From contig CM059431.1 of NCBI GenBank assembly GCA_030390025.1, positions 117,306,001 through 117,370,000 of the forward strand: 64,000 nucleotides of DNA, in the 5' to 3' direction. This stretch comes from Squalus acanthias (Eukaryota). This document shows positions 11,179 to 24,019 of this stretch, piece by piece (within the stretch, counting starts at the first letter, position 1; every line of letters starts with the position of its first letter). The position numbers were made by a program, and so were the translations under genes. The notes under the pieces were generated by a model, which worked only from the letters and a program-made list of their open reading frames with translations, was not told the DNA's origin and made no database searches.

Positions 11179-11558
11179 CAGGAAACTTTTGTTTATCCGG
11201 CACCCAAATATCCGGAATTCTCGCTTAACCGGCAAAAATCATCCTCCGAGAACTCCTCTCAAATAACCGGCAATGTTGCCGAGTCGCAGTCGAGTCTCCG
11301 CGAACGGCGAGTACTCCGAAAACTCCTCTCAAATAACCGGCAATGTTGCCGAGTCAGTGTCCGAGTCCGTGAACGCCGATTTAGTCAGTAGGGGTAGTTT
11401 TCAAAAGTACCCAAATACTGTATACTGCACATTTCTTGATTTATTTATTTTTCTTTGTTAAAAATAGCCTCAGTAGATATAACTCTCCGTTATCCAGTAC
11501 TTTCGATAAACCGGCACCACGCCGGTCCCGTCGGTGCCGGTTAATAAAGAGTTTCCTG
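11179..11558. mobile_element. Tc1/mariner (pogo/Tigger-like) MITE
   Basis: TIR caggaaacttttgtttatccggcac vs caggaaactctttattaaccggcac (revcomp of right end); TA on both sides; internal ~42-bp direct duplication. Confidence 0.8.
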
Positions 11559-12203
11559 TATATGGAAAAGTAACGTCTGAAACAAATGGCAAGAAATGGT
11601 CTCGACAAGTTTTTCAAAAAGTAAATAAATGTAATCATGTCTTTGATCTTGTTTTTAAAACCTAACTTCATTACAAGCCCCACTGCTGGATTGAGCGCAC
11701 AATCTTGTTGTGTACCCATCATATAAGACTAAAGTGTGCGCTGGAATGAACCTTTGCCCAAAGTCTTGAGATTCAGTATGGGACCTCAATTGAATGATCA
11801 TTGGATTGAAATTACAGTTCCAGATGCAAGTTTATCGCTGCCTTTGGCCCACAAAAATCACGCCTTCCAAAAGGCCAGCAGCCTGATATTGTAACCTAAG
11901 CCCAAGAGCAGCAAGGCTGCATGCTGGTGATGAAGCTTCATAAATATCACTTAAGGGCTGTTTTTTTCAAGGCAACAAACATATTCTTTCTGGTCTTAGT
12001 ATCCAAGAACATAAGAAGGGAGCAAAAGATGCTGAACCTGAAGAGATTCTGTTGCAATAGTTCTTTCAGGTAAGTTTAAGGGATACCAGGACAAGTAGAC
12101 CAATACTGATGGGGAAGACTAATGAACCAAAACCAAATGCCTTGATGCTTTGTTGTAGCAGTGAAACTCTCACAACAATGTTATCAATAAAGCCTGAGGA
12201 GGA

Positions 12204-12621
12204 ATAAGAACATAAGAACATAAGAAATAGGAGCAGGAGTAGACCAATCGGCCCCTCGAGCCTGCTCCGCCATTCAATGAGATCATGGCTGACCTGATCC
12301 AACCTCAACTCTAAAGAACGCAAGAAGCAGGAGCAGGACCAGGCCACTCGGCCCCTGGGCCCGCTCCGCCACCCACAGGGCCTTGACCGATCCGAACTCA
12401 AACTCATGTCCAATTTCCAGCCCGCTCCCCGTAACCCCTGATTCCCTTTACTTCTAGGAAACGGTCTATTTCTGTTTTAAATTTATTTAATGAAGTAGCT
12501 TCCACAGCTTCCTGGGGTAGCAAATTCCACAGACCCACTACCCTCTGAGTGAAAAAGTTTCTCCTCATCTCAGTTTTGAAAGAGGAGCCCCTTATTCTAA
12601 GATTATGTCCCCTAGTTCTAG
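12204..12621 (-). mobile_element. CR1 3' fragment with a doubled 3' UTR
   Basis: TRTRGHNLRIRGSSFKTEMRRNFFTQRVV; two successive tail-like units; (aagaacat)n terminus. Confidence 0.88.
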
Positions 12622-12659
12622 TTACTGCAGCTCCTGCTGGTAACCCCTGGAAGCACAAT

Positions 12660-13296
12660 GATCCTGAATTTCCGATCGGAGGCTTCATTCGGGCGGATGC
12701 CTCCGATCAGCAAAAAATCTACGAACCTACCTGCTGGTCCCAGAGATACGGAGGCTTGCGATCCAGGGCATCTCCTCTTGGAAATGCGCAGAGGCCCACG
12801 TATCCCAGGGGCGCATCCGTACGCACGAACTGTCAAAAGTATGAATGGGGATGACTACAAAAATGCACTAACACACTGAAATAAAGAAAGAAAAACTATT
12901 ACACATATAAAATTAATTAAAATGGCATTTAATTAAATATGTTAAAAATAAATTAATGTTTTGATTTTTTTTAATATGTTTTAATGGGGCTTAATATAAT
13001 CTTACCTTATTGGACAGGGTTTTTAACTTATAAGTGAGTGATAAAATCTTATTTTTCTATTTTTTAAAACTCTTCTGCTGGTTACCATGCATAAGAATTC
13101 TATGGCCTTTCAGCGGGCGGAGGTTGAGCAAATAGAGCAACTCTCCACCTGCCGAGGCACTTTTCTTGGGCATGCGTTGGATCTGTTGCGATACTTTCAG
13201 CGCATGCGCTTCGCATGCCTAAACCCGGAACTAGCGCGGCCCCTATGGGCATGTACACAACTCGTACGCACCCGTGGGGGTCGGAAAATATGGGCC
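12660..13296 (-). mobile_element. Harbinger-type MITE, copy 3 (subfamily c, internally deleted)
   Basis: Ends gatcctgaatttccga / tcggaaaatatgggcc; TSD aat/aat; homologous to 21805-22546. Confidence 0.82.
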
Positions 13297-14376
13297 AATA
13301 TTACCTCCAAAGGCAACGCACCTTAACTGCAATAAGACTGGCCTTTTCTTCCACTGCATCAGTTAAGGGACTCCAACTTTTTAAGATGCATCAACAGAAA
13401 CATAGAAAAGCAGGAGTAGGCCTTTCGGACCTTCGAGTCTGCTCTGCCATTCAATATGATCATGGCTGATCCTCTATCTCAATACCATATTCCTGCTCTC
13501 TCCCCATACCCCTTGATGCCTTTTGTGTCTAGAAATCTATCTATCTCCTGCTTAAATATATTCAGTGACTTGGCCTCCACAGTCTTCTGTGGTTGAGAAT
13601 TCCACAGGTTCACCACCCTCTGAGTGAAGACATTTCTCCTCATCTCAGTCCTAAATGTCCTACCCCGCATCCTGAGACTGTGACCCCTCGTTCTAGACGC
13701 CTCAGCCAGGGGAAACATCCTCCCTGCATCCAGTCTGTCTAGCCCTGTCAGTATTTTATACGTTTCAATGCGATCCCCTCTCATTCTTCCAAACTCTAGT
13801 GAATACAGGCCTAGTCGACCCAATCTCTCCTCATACGACAGTCCTGCCATCCCAGGAATCAGTCTGGTGAACATTCGCTGCACTCCCTCTATGGCAAGTA
13901 TATCCTTTCTTAGGTAAGGAGACCAAAATCGCACACGGTACTCCAGATGTGGTCTCACCAAGGCCCTGTACAACTGTAGTAAGACAATAAAAGGCGGCAG
14001 CGACCAGGTAGGCCCACAGAGGCGGCGGACTTGGGTGGAGCGACAGCAGCGAGTCGGCGGCAATAAAAGGCGGCAGCGACCAGGTAGGCTTACCAATCTG
14101 AGCTCCGAGAGCGGGAGAGAGAGAAGTAAAAAATAATCAAAGTGTGACGTCACCAGAAAGCAGGTAAGTGATTGGTTGGTGAGTATTTCTCTTTTTCTCC
14201 TTTTTCCAAACTTAAATTTTGTGGTTTATAGTTTCTAGGGTCTCTGTGGCGTAGCGGGGACAGTTGGTAAACAAGGGTCCTATATCATTTAATTATAGTA
14301 TAATTGGTGGGATTGATTTGATTTAATTTAAGTTAAATTAATTAAAGGGTAAGTCAAGGCAACACAGCTCGGCCCC

Positions 14377-15300
14377 ATGGCATGCTCCTCCTGTGCTATG
14401 TGGGAAATCGGGGACACTTCCTGTGTCCCTGACGACCATGTGTGCAGGAAGTGTATCCAGCTGCAGCTACTGGCAAACCGCATTGTGGCACTGGAGCTGC
14501 GAATGAATACATACTGGAGCATTCATGATGCTGAGGACCTCGTGGATAGCACGTTTAACCAGTTGGTCACACTGCAGGTAAAGGTTGCACAGGCAGAAAG
14601 GGAATGGGTGACCACCAGGCAGCATAGTAGGCACAGGCAGGTAGTGCAAGTGTCCCCTGTGGACATCCCCCTCTCAAAAAGATATACCGCTTTGGATACT
14701 GTTGAGGGGGATGGCTTATCAGGGGAAGGCAGCAGCAGCCAACTTCCTGGCACCAGGGGTGGTTCTGCTGCACAGGAAGGGAGGAAAAAGAGGGGTAGAG
14801 CTATAGTGATAGGGGATTCTATTGTAAGGGGAATAGCTAGGCGTTTCTGCGGCCGCAAACAAGACTCCAGGATGGTGTGTTGCCTCCCTGGTGCAAGTGT
14901 CAAGGATGTCTCAGAGCGGCTGCAGAACATTTTGGAAGGGGAGGGTGAACAGCCAGTTGTCATGGTGCATATAGGTACCAACAATATAGGTAAAAAACGG
15001 GATGAGGTCTAAAAGCTGAATATAGGAAGTTAGGAGGTAAATTAAAAATAGGACCTCAAAGGTAGTAATCTCAGGATTGCTACCAGTGCCACGTGCTAGA
15101 CAGAGTAGAAATAGAAGGATATTTCAGATGAATACGTGGCTAGAGGAATGGTGCAAGGGGGAGGGATTCAAATTCCTGGGACATTGGAACCGGTTCTGGG
15201 GGAGGTGGGACTAGTACAAATTGACATTTGCACCTAGGCAAGACTGGGACCGATGTCCTTGGGGGAGTGTTTGCTAGTGCTCTGGAGGAGGGTTTAAACT
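14377..15300 (+). pseudogene. CR1 ORF1 (zinc finger + SGNH esterase), frameshifted/stop near 15010
   Basis: MACSSCAMWE..HVCRKC; IVIGDSIVRG; VHIGTNNIG. Confidence 0.88.
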
Positions 15301-15488
15301 AAAATGGCAGGGGGTTGGGAACCTGAGCAGGGAGACAGAGGAAAGGGAAACAAGGATAGAAGTAAAAGTCAGGAAGGAAAAAAACAAAGGTGTCAGTCAG
15401 AGAAATCAAGGGTTTAAATCAAACGTGGCCACAGTAAATAATAATTCTAAAAGGTCTAAGAGCGTTAAAAATAACAAGCCTGAAGACT

Positions 15489-18286
15489 TTGTGTCTTAAT
15501 GCGAGGAGCATTCGTAATAAGGTGGATGAATTAGCTGCGCAAATAGAGGTAAACAAATATGATATGATTGGGATTACGGAAACATGGCTCCAGGGTGACC
15601 AAGGCTGGGAACTCAACATACAGGGGTATTCAATATTCAGGAAAGGTAGGCAAAAAGGAAAAGGAGGTAGGGTAGCATTGCTGGTTAAAGAGGGGATTAA
15701 CACAATTGTAAGGAAGGATATTGGCTCTAATGATGTGGAATCTGTATGGGTAGAACTGAGAAATACCAAGAGGCAGAAAACGCTAGTGGGAGTGGTGTAT
15801 AGACCCCCAAACAGTAAAACGGAGGTTGGGGATGGCATTAAAAGGGAAATTAGAGAAGCGTGCAATAAGAGCACAGCAGTTATCATGGGCGAATTTAATC
15901 TACATATAGATTGGGCTAACCAAATTAGTAACAATACTGTGGAGGAGGAATTCCTGGAGTGTATACGGGATGGTTTCCTGGACCAATATGTCAAGGAACC
16001 AACTAGAGATCAGGCAATCTTAGACCAGGTATTATGTAATGAGAAAGGATTAATTAGCAATCTTGTTGTGCGAGGCCCCTTGGGTCGGAGTGATCATAAT
16101 ATGATAGAATTCTTCATTAAGATGGAGAATGAAAGTAGTTGACTCAGAGACTAGGGTCTTGAATTTAAATAAAGGAAACTTCGATGGTATGAGGCGCGAG
16201 TTGGGTAGGATTGATTGGGGAATGTCACTCAAAGGGTTGACGGTGGATAGGCAATGGCAAACATTCAAAGATCGCATGAATGATCTACAGAATTTGTTCA
16301 TCTCAGATTGGCATAAAAATAAAACAAAAAAGGTGACTCAACCGTGGCTAACAAAGGAAATTAGGGATAGCATAAGATCCAAGGAGCGGACATATAAATT
16401 GGCCAGAAAAAGCAGAAAACCTGAGGATTGGGAACAGTATAGGATTCAGCAAAGAAGGACAAAGGGATTAATTAAGAGGGGGAAAATAGAATATGAGAGT
16501 AAGCTTGCAGGGAACATAAAAACTGACTGTAAAAGCTTTTATTGATATGTGAAGAGAAAAAAGATTGGTGAAGTCAAGTGTAGGGCCCTTGCAGTCAGAA
16601 TCAGGGGAATTGATAATGGGACACAAAAATGGCAGACCAATTAAATACATACTTTGGTTCTGTCTTCACAAAGGAGGACACAAATAACCTTCCAGAGATG
16701 TCGGGGAACATAGGGTTAATGAGAGGGAGGAACTGAAAGAAATCAGTATGTTTAGGGAAATAGTGTTCGGGAAATTAACGGGATTGAAGACCGATAAATC
16801 CCCAGGGCCTGATAATCTACATCCTAGGGTACTTAAGGAAGTGGCCCTAGAAATAGTAGATGCATTGCTGGTCATCTTCCAAAATTCTATAGACTCTGGA
16901 ACAGTACTCATGGATTGCAGGGTAGCTAATGTTACCCCACTATTCAAAAAAGGTGGTAGAGAGTAAACGGGGAATTATAGACCGGTAAGCCTGACATCGG
17001 TAGTGGGGAAAATGCTAGAGTCCATTATAAAAGATGTAATAGCAGAGCACTTGGAAAACAGTGACAGGATCGGACAAAGTCAACATGGATTTACAAAAGG
17101 TAAATCATGCTTGACTAATCTACTGGAATTTTTTGAGGATGTAACTGGTAAAATAGATAAGGGAGAACCAGTGGATGTGGTGTATTTGGACTTTCAGAAG
17201 GCTTTCGATAAGGTCCCGCATAAGAGATTAGCGTGTAAAGTTAAGGCACATGGGAATGGGGGCAAGGTATTGACTTGGATAGAGAACTGGCTGGCAGACA
17301 GAAAGCAAAGAGTTGGAATAAATGGGTCTTTTTCCGAGTGGCAGGCAGTGACTAGTGGGGTACCGCAGGGATCGGTCCTAGGACTCCAGCTACTCACAAT
17401 ATATATTAATGATCTAGACGAGGGAATTGGATGTAATATCTCCAAGTTTGCAGATGACACAAAGCTGGGTGGGAGTGTGTGCCGTGAGGAGGATGCCGAG
17501 AAACTCCAGTATGATTTGGACAGGTTGGGTGATTGGGCAGAAGCATGGCAGATGCAATATAACGTGGATAAATGCGAGGTTATCCACTTTGGTGTCAAAA
17601 ACAGGAAGGCAGATTATTATCTGAATGGCAATAGATTGGGAGAAGGGGAAGTGCAACGAGACCTGGGTGTCCTTGTGCACCAGTCGCTGAAGGTAAGCAT
17701 GCAGGTGCAGCAGGCGGTTAAGAAGGCAAATGGTATGTTGGCCTTCGTAGCGAAAGGGTTCGAGTACAGGAACAAGGATGTCTTGCTGCAGTTGTACAGG
17801 GCCTTGGTGAGACCACATCTTGAGTATTGTGTGCAGTTTTGGTCGCCTTATCTGAGGAAGGATGTTCTTGCCATGGAGGGAGTGCAGCGAAGATTCACCA
17901 GGCTGATACCTGGGATGGCAGGATTGACGTATGAGGAGAGATTGGGTCAATTGGGCTTATACTCGCTGGAGTTTAGAAGAATGAGAGGGGCTCTCATTGA
18001 AACTTATAAAATTCTAACAGGACTAGACAGACTAGATGCAGGAAGGATGTTCCCGATGGCCGGGGAGTCCAGAACCAGGGGTCACAGTCTAAGGATAAGG
18101 GGTAAGCCATTTAGGACTGAGATGAGGAGGAATTTCTTCACCCAGAGAGTGGTGAACCTGTGGAATTCTCTACCACAGAAGGCAGTAGAGGCCAATTCAT
18201 TAAATATATTCAAGAAGGAGTTAGATATATTTCTTAAAGCTAAAGGGATCGAGGGATATGGAGAGAAGGCAGGTACAGGGTACTGA
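15489..18286 (+). pseudogene. CR1 ORF2 endonuclease-reverse transcriptase in 4 pieces; RT segment 17003-18286 open for 427 aa
   Basis: ORF track 15489-16142, 16129-16545, 16748-16966, 17003-18286. Confidence 0.92.
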
Positions 18287-21200
18287 ATTTGGATGATCAG
18301 CCATGATCGCATTGAATGGCGGAGCAGGCTCGAGGGGCTGAATGGCCTGCTCCTGCTCCTATCTTCTATGTTTCTATCCTTGCTCCTGTACTCAAATCCT
18401 CTTGCAATGAAGGCCAACATACCATTTGCCTTCCTAACTGCTTGCTGCACCTGCATGTTTATTTCCAGTGACTGGTGTACAAGGACACCCAGGTCCCTTT
18501 GTACATCAGCATTTCCCAATCTATCACCATTTAAATAATACTCTACCTTTCTGTTTTTCCTACCGAAGTGGATAACTTCACATTTATCCACGTTATACTG
18601 CATCTGCCATGTATTTGCCCACTAACTCAACTTGTCTAAATCGCCTTGAAGCCTCTTTGCATCCTCCTCACAACTCACAATCCCACCTAGTTTCTTGTCG
18701 TCAGCATGCTTTGAAATATTACATTTGGTTCCCTCATCCAAATCATTGATATATATTGTGAATAGCTGGTACCCAAGCACTGATCCCTGCGGTACCCCAC
18801 TAGTCACCGCCTGCCACCCTGAAAAAGACCCATTTATTCCTCCTCTCTGTTTCCTGTCTGTTAACCAATTTTCAATCCATGCCAGTATATTACCCCCAAT
18901 CCCATGTGCTTTAATTTTGCACACTAACCTCTTATTTGGGACTTTATCAAAGGCCTTCCGAAAATCCAAATACACCACATCCACAGGTTCTCCCCTATCT
19001 AATCTACCAGTTACATCCTCAAAAAACTGCAGTAGGTTTGTCAAACACAATTTCCCTTTCATAAATCCATGTTGATTTTGTCTAATCCCGTTGATATTTT
19101 CGAAGTGTCCTGTTATCACATCCTTGATAATAGACTCTAGCATTTTCCCTACTTCTGATGTTGGGCTAACTGGTCTGTAGTTCCCTGTTTTCTCTCTCTC
19201 CTTTTTGTAAATAGTGGGGTTACATTTGCCACCCTCCAATCTGCAGGAACTGTTCCATAATCTATAGAATTTTGGAAGATGACAACCAATGCATCCACCA
19301 TTTCCATGGCTACCTCTTTTAGTACTCTGGGATGCAGATTATCAGGCCCTGGGGATTTATCAACTTTCAGTCCCATTAATTTCTCCAGCACTCTTTTTTT
19401 TACGAATACTAATTTCCTTCAATTCCTCCTTCTCAATAGACCCTTGGCATTTCTGGGAAGTTATTTGTGTCCTCTTCCGTGAAGACAGAACCAAAGTATT
19501 TGTTTAATTTCAATTCCATTTCCTTGTTCCCCATTATAAATTCTCCCGTTTCTCACTATAAGGGACCCAAATTTTCTTTACTAATCTTTTTCTTTTTACA
19601 TACTTGTAGAAGCTTTTACAATCTGCTTTTATGTTCCTTGCAAGTTTACTCTCATACTTTATTTTTCCCCTCCTAATCAATCTCTTGGTCATTTTTTGCT
19701 GAACTCTAAACTGCTCTCAATCCTCAGGCTTGTTACTTTTTCTGACAACTTTATATGACTCCTCTTTGGATCTAATACTATCCTTAATTTCTTTTGTTAG
19801 CCATGGTTGGGCCGCTTTTCCTTTTGTGTTTTTGCGTCAGAAAGGAATGTATAACTGTTGCAATTCATGCATTCATTCCTTAAATGTTAGCCATTGCCTA
19901 TCCACCATCATGCCTTTTAATAAAGCTTCCCAATCTATCATAGCCAACTCACTCCTCATACCATCATAGTTTCCTTTGTTTAGATTTAGGACCCTAGTTT
20001 TGGATTGGACTTCTTCATTTTCCATTTTAATAAAGAATTCTATCATGTTATGTTTACTCTTCCCTAAAGGACCCCTCACAACAAGATTATTAATTAACCC
20101 CTTCTCATTGCACAATACCCAATCTAGGATAGCCTGTTCTCTAGTTTGCTCCTCAATGTACTGGTCTAAAAAAACATCTCGTACACACTCCAGGAATTCA
20201 TCCTCCACAGTATTATTGCTAATTTGGTTTGGCCAGTCTATATGTAGATTAAAGTCACCCATGATTACTGTAGTACCCTTGTTACATGCATCTCTGATTT
20301 CCTGTTAGATGCCATCCCCTACATTACCACTACTGTTTGGAGGCCTATAGACAACTCCCACCAATGTTTTCTGCCCCTTGGTGCTTCTTAGCTCCACCCA
20401 GACTGATTCTGCATCTTGATTTTCTGAACCAATATCCTTTCTCACTATTGCTCTGATTTCATCCTTTACTAACAAGGCCACCCCACCACCTTTTCCTTTT
20501 CGCCTGTCCTTCCTAAATATCGAATATCCTTGGATATTTAGCGCCCAGCCTTGGTCACCCTGCAGCCATGTTTCCGTAATTGCAATTATATCATATCCGT
20601 TTACATCTATTTGTGCTGTTAATTCATCTACCTTGTTAAGAATTCTTCGTGCATTCAGATACAGTGTCTTTAGATTTGTCTTTTTAACATTTTTAGACAT
20701 CTTAGCATTTTTTTGTACTATGGCCCGATTTGTCTTATTACCATTTTTTCTTAACCAGACCCTATTTGTTAGTGCACTCCCTTGTTTGTACGCTCTGTCC
20801 ATTCCTGACACAGTCTGGTTATCCTTACCCCAATCCCTTTCCTGCACTGCTTCCTTGTCTTTTCTCTTTGGCATTCTAGATTTCTCTCCACCGGCACCCT
20901 TCCCCCACCCCCCCCACCCCCACCCTGCCTTATTTAGTTTAAAGCCCTAACTACCTCCCTAGTTATTCGATTTGCTAGAACTCTGGTCCCAGTATGGTTC
21001 AGGTGTAGTCCGTCCCAGTGGAACAGCTCTCTCTTTCCCTAGTACTGGTGCCAGTGCCCCACGAATCGAAACCCACTTCTCCCACACCAATCTTTGAGCC
21101 ACGCATTCATCTCCCTGATCCTATTGACCCTATGCCAATTTGCTTGTGGCTCCAGTAATAATCCAGAGATTTGTGGTTCTGCTTTTTAATTTAGTCCCTA

Positions 21201-21804
21201 GCTACTCAAACTCTCTCAGCAGAACCTCTTTCTTTGTCCTACCTATGTCATTGGTATCTACGTGGACCACGACAACTGGATCCTCCCCCTCCCATTCCAA
21301 GTTCTTCTCCAGCCCGGAGGAGATGTCCTTTACCCTGGCAACATAGCCTTCGGGACTCACGCTCCTGGCTGCAGAGAACAGTGTCTATCCGCCTAAGGGA
21401 CAGAGAAGACAAAGAGATTGTTGATGCTAAGCTGCTGTAACATGACTAATATGGAACTATTGATGTTAGGGCAACATTTTCGTCCTGTAACATCTGACAG
21501 ATTCAATTCCCGACAGCTTGTGATCTTCTAAGAGACATTAACATACTGGCTGCCAAACGACTCAAAAGCAAAGGACAATGTAACTGACAGCAGTTGTAAA
21601 CTGTTACTTAAAACAAAAGATGAAATTATGTCAGGAGACTGAGGATCCACAACACCTTACAGAGGATGTAAAATAATTCATCTCTACTCCCAACAGGCCT
21701 ATCTCTTGAGGATCTGTGCATTCTGGTAAACATAGACGTTATTGAAGCTGAAGAATCTGATGTCAAATGTGTAGAATCCACGAACAGCCAGATGCAGACA
21801 CAAT

Positions 21805-22546
21805 GGCCTGTAATTTCCGATCCCTACGGGTGTGTACGAGCTGTGTAAACACCCATAGGGGCCTCGCAAGTGTCAGTTTCAGACATGCGAAGCACATGCG
21901 CTGAAAAACGGCACTTCCGATCTGTCAAGAATCCTCTTGACAGATCGCACGCCTGCTCTGGAGAAGGGCCTCCATGGGTGGAGAGTTCCGCTTTCTGCAT
22001 AACTTCCGCCCGCTGAAAACACTTATAAATCTTATGCCTGGTAAAAGCAGGCATAAGGCCTGCCTTTACCAGCATAAGAGTTTAAAAAAGTAAAAAAATA
22101 TTTTTTTCACTCATTTATAATTTAAAAATACTTTTAAGCTTATTTTTAGCCCTGTAAAAAACTTTAATTATTTATTTCAAAAAATTTAATTTTTGTTTAA
22201 AATATTTAATTTAATGTAATGTTAACTCATTTTAAAAACGTGATGGTTTTTAAAAAAATTATTTAATGCTTTAGTGTCTTTTTTCAGTGATCCCCATTCA
22301 TACTTTTGACAGGTCTACCTGTCAAAAGTATGAAAGGGGATTCCCTTCTCCCATTGGCTCGCCTGGCCCACGTGAACCGTGAACCACCTGCGCCCCTGGG
22401 ATACCTGGGCCTCTGCGCACGCGCGCACCAGGAGAGGCCCAGGAGCGGAAGAGTCCAGACCTCGGGAGCCCTCAGGTAAGGGTGTAGATTTTTTTCCGAT
22501 AGGAGGCATTCGCACGCAGGACGCCTCCTATCGGAAATTATGGGCC
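21805..22546 (+). mobile_element. Harbinger-type MITE, copy 4 (subfamily c)
   Basis: Ends ggcctgtaatttccgat / atcggaaattatgggcc; flanks aat/att; same hairpin layout as copies 1 and 2. Confidence 0.85.
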
Positions 22547-22956
22547 ATTATGATGGGGACAGTGATTATGAAGGGAAAGGTCCAGCTCACACACTTGTGA
22601 CAGTTGTGGATGTACGTTACGCACTGCTAACTTCGCGTGAACTCATTGAACAATGTGCCACTTTCCTACCGGACTGGAAATTAGTTGCTAAATTCATGGT
22701 TAATGGGTGGAAAATCTAATTTTAATTTCTTTTGTGGAAAAAGCTTTTCATATCTAAACTGCCCGTGAGACTCAGCAGGTAGAGCAACACGCTTTCATAA
22801 TTTAAATTTCATATTGTAGTAATTTGGATAGTTTTCATTGGTCTGTTGCTATTAATAAAGTTTAATTATTCATTGTTACATGTGACTCTGCTTAAACAAA
22901 CCAATCAAAATTCTCAATTCCAAAACTGGTAACTGTTGCTGTAACATTAAAACTTG

Positions 22957-23632
22957 CATAAGAAATAAGAGCAGGAGTAATCCATTTGGCCCCTCGAGCC
23001 TGCTCCGCCATTCAATAATATCATGGCTGATCTTCTACCTCAACTCCATTTTGCTGCACTATCCCCATATCCCTTGATTCCCTTAATATCCAAAAATCTA
23101 TCAATCTCTGTCTTGAATATACTCAATGACTGAGCCACCACAGCCCTCTGGGGTAGAGAATTCCAAAGATTCACCACCTTCTGAGTGAAGAAATTTCTCC
23201 TCAGCTCAGTCCTAAATGGCCGACCCCTTATTTTGAGACTGTGACCCCTGGTTCTAGACTCCTCAGCCAGGGGAAACATCCTTTCAGTAGTTACCCTGTC
23301 AAGCCCTGTAAGAATTTTGTATGTTTCAATGAGATCACCCCTCATTCTTCTAAACTCTAGAGGATATAGGCCTAGTCTACTCAATGTCTCCTCATAGGAC
23401 AATCCCCCATCCCAGGAACCAGTCTGGTGAACCTTTGTTGCACTCCCTCTATGGCAAGTATATCCTTCCTTCGGTAAGGAGACCAAAACTGTACACAGTA
23501 ATCCAGGTGTGGTCTCACCAGGGCCCTATATAATTGCAGTAAGACGTCTTTACTCTTATACTCAAATCCTCTTGTAATAAAGGCCAACATACCATTTGCT
23601 TTTCTAAATGCTTGCTGTACCTGCATGTTAAC
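22957..23632 (-). mobile_element. CR1 3' fragment
   Basis: KANGMLAFITRGFEYKS..LYRALVRPHL; RGDLIETYKIL..RTRGH; CR1 tail. Confidence 0.92.
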
Positions 23633-23634
23633 TT

Positions 23635-23770
23635 GCCTCCTGGACTCTCCAGATTGGTTGCCGTAACCTTGGTGGAAACCCCAAAGTCGTGTATAAACAG
23701 GATTCCCGCTGATCTGCCGTCAAAGTTACAACGGCCGATTGGGAGAACCATCCCAAGAAATTCCTAGCGT
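23635..23770. repeat. Short self-complementary interspersed repeat (second copy 27200-27357)
   Basis: Shares ggttctcccaatcg.cc.ctgtaact / agttac..cggccgattgggagaacc arms with 27200-27357. Confidence 0.55.
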
Positions 23771-24019
23771 GCATTTTTGCTGGATGTTGACATAGCTTTT
23801 CATGGGCAAAATGCCTCCTGAAGTAGCTTTGACCTCTCTGCTTAATGCACTATGCCAATGAGCAGAGCAGGTGCTGAATGTAAGAACAAGTGATGCAGTA
23901 AACAAAATGCACAGTAAAGCTTTCCTTATTTCCATTGTATTTCAGAACCTCGTGATGCTGCCTTGACCTCTCTTAGCACTAAGTGTAACAATGGCTGATT
24001 CCAATATCCACTAATAACA

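Larger units (their letters stand above)
13986..18375 (+). mobile_element. Full-length CR1 LINE (5' UTR, ORF1, ORF2, 3' tail) with several disabling mutations
   Basis: ORF1 CxxC..CxxC zinc finger + GDS/HIGTN esterase; ORF2 APE then RT ([12 protein letters not shown]); tail ...cttctatgtttct. Confidence 0.95.
13393..21390 (-). mobile_element. CR1 LINE (ORF1 esterase remnant, APE, RT, tail) split by the nested CR1 at 13986-18375
   Basis: Minus-strand ORFs 20305-20874 (YLNAR..ITETWL..YRPP), 19873-20262 (GDFN), 18622-19239 (RT), 13479-13985 (C-terminus); sequence rejoins as ...aagac|atccttgctcc... Confidence 0.93.

Noticed and set aside
13325..13390. NCNKTGLFF resembles the pogo/Tigger transposase N.DETGLF motif
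   Set aside because: Too short and I could not extend it convincingly
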